This document shows positions 63,728 to 64,000 of a stretch of DNA of 64,000 nucleotides, one piece after another. The notes below the pieces were generated by a model. It did not search any database. It saw only the letters and a program-made list of their open reading frames with translations, and was not told the origin of the DNA. Where the stretch lies: assembly GCA_964507405.1 (NCBI GenBank), contig CAZDPJ010000001.1, forward strand, positions 110,899 through 174,898, read 5' to 3'. Positions within the stretch are counted from its first letter, which is position 1, and each line of letters starts with the position of its first letter. The DNA comes from an uncultured Staphylococcaceae bacterium (GTDB lineage Bacteria > Bacillota_I > Bacilli_A > ML615J-28 > CAG-313). Both the position numbers and the translations under genes were made by a program.

Positions 63728-64000
63728 CTATTTTACTGTTATATTATTAGAACTAGTATATGTTATATGTTTGCTATAGAACATTTTTAAGGCATTTAAC
63801 ATATATTCTAAATCTTTAGTTCCTGCTGTTTCATAGGTTGAATGCATAGCAAGTTGAGCAAGACCAATATCAACAGACATTACTGAAACACTACTTAATA
63901 AGATGCTACCAAGGGTTCCTCCACCTCTTAAATCTGAGCGATTTGTATATACTTGATAAGGTACATTCGCTTCTTCACATAGTACTTTAAATATACTAGA
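63728..64000 (-). CDS. M18-family aminopeptidase, C-terminal fragment (continues beyond the window)
   Basis: Translates ...NVPYQVYTNRSDLRGGGTLGSI...VDIGLAQLAMHSTYETAG...; stop TAG at 63728-63730. Confidence 0.88.
   Translation of the reverse strand, partial: SSIFKVLCEEANVPYQVYTNRSDLRGGGTLGSILLSSVSVMSVDIGLAQLAMHSTYETAGTKDLEYMLNALKMFYSKHITYTSSNNITVK

Overview
Very AT-rich chromosomal window that uses genetic code 11 (TGA is a stop, Trp is TGG). It comes from a reduced, anaerobic Bacilli-lineage bacterium near the base of the Mollicutes (Acholeplasmatales/Izemoplasmatales/RF39-like). That placement is an inference from glnS, a short SRP RNA, a Na+-pumping decarboxylase and ispDF. Nearly all genes from about 5 kb onward lie on the minus strand and are mostly housekeeping: whiA-ppaX-lgt-hprK, two ABC exporters, pyk, uvrA, ligA, pcrA, glnS, groESL, birA, the oad operon, tsaEBD/rimI, ispDF, cdaA, hflX, dusB, rlmI, ffs, tadA and tdk. 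I found no rRNA, tRNA, CRISPR array or IS element. Main observations: (1) a tightly coupled operon of an eroded DUF4011-SF1 helicase-Vsr (Hhe-like) protein, an ankyrin protein, diadenylate cyclase, an output-less membrane PAS protein and ispDF; (2) a sporulation signature, with ydcC/ssdC, DUF378, a cwlD-like amidase that appears to start at ATT, a Coat F pair, sigmaE/sigmaG-type promoters and perfect tandem Spo0A boxes; (3) four intact P-loop ORFs that have lost catalytic motifs (HprK, the D2 ring of a ClpC-like protein, a free FtsK domain, the Hhe-like helicase); (4) an SRP RNA without the GNRA tetraloop; (5) an OadG subunit fused to an extracellular lipoprotein domain; (6) a counter-oriented MarR-DUF5131-PNPOx-DUF5131-resolvase cassette. 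All family calls come from recognising motifs by eye, not from database searches.
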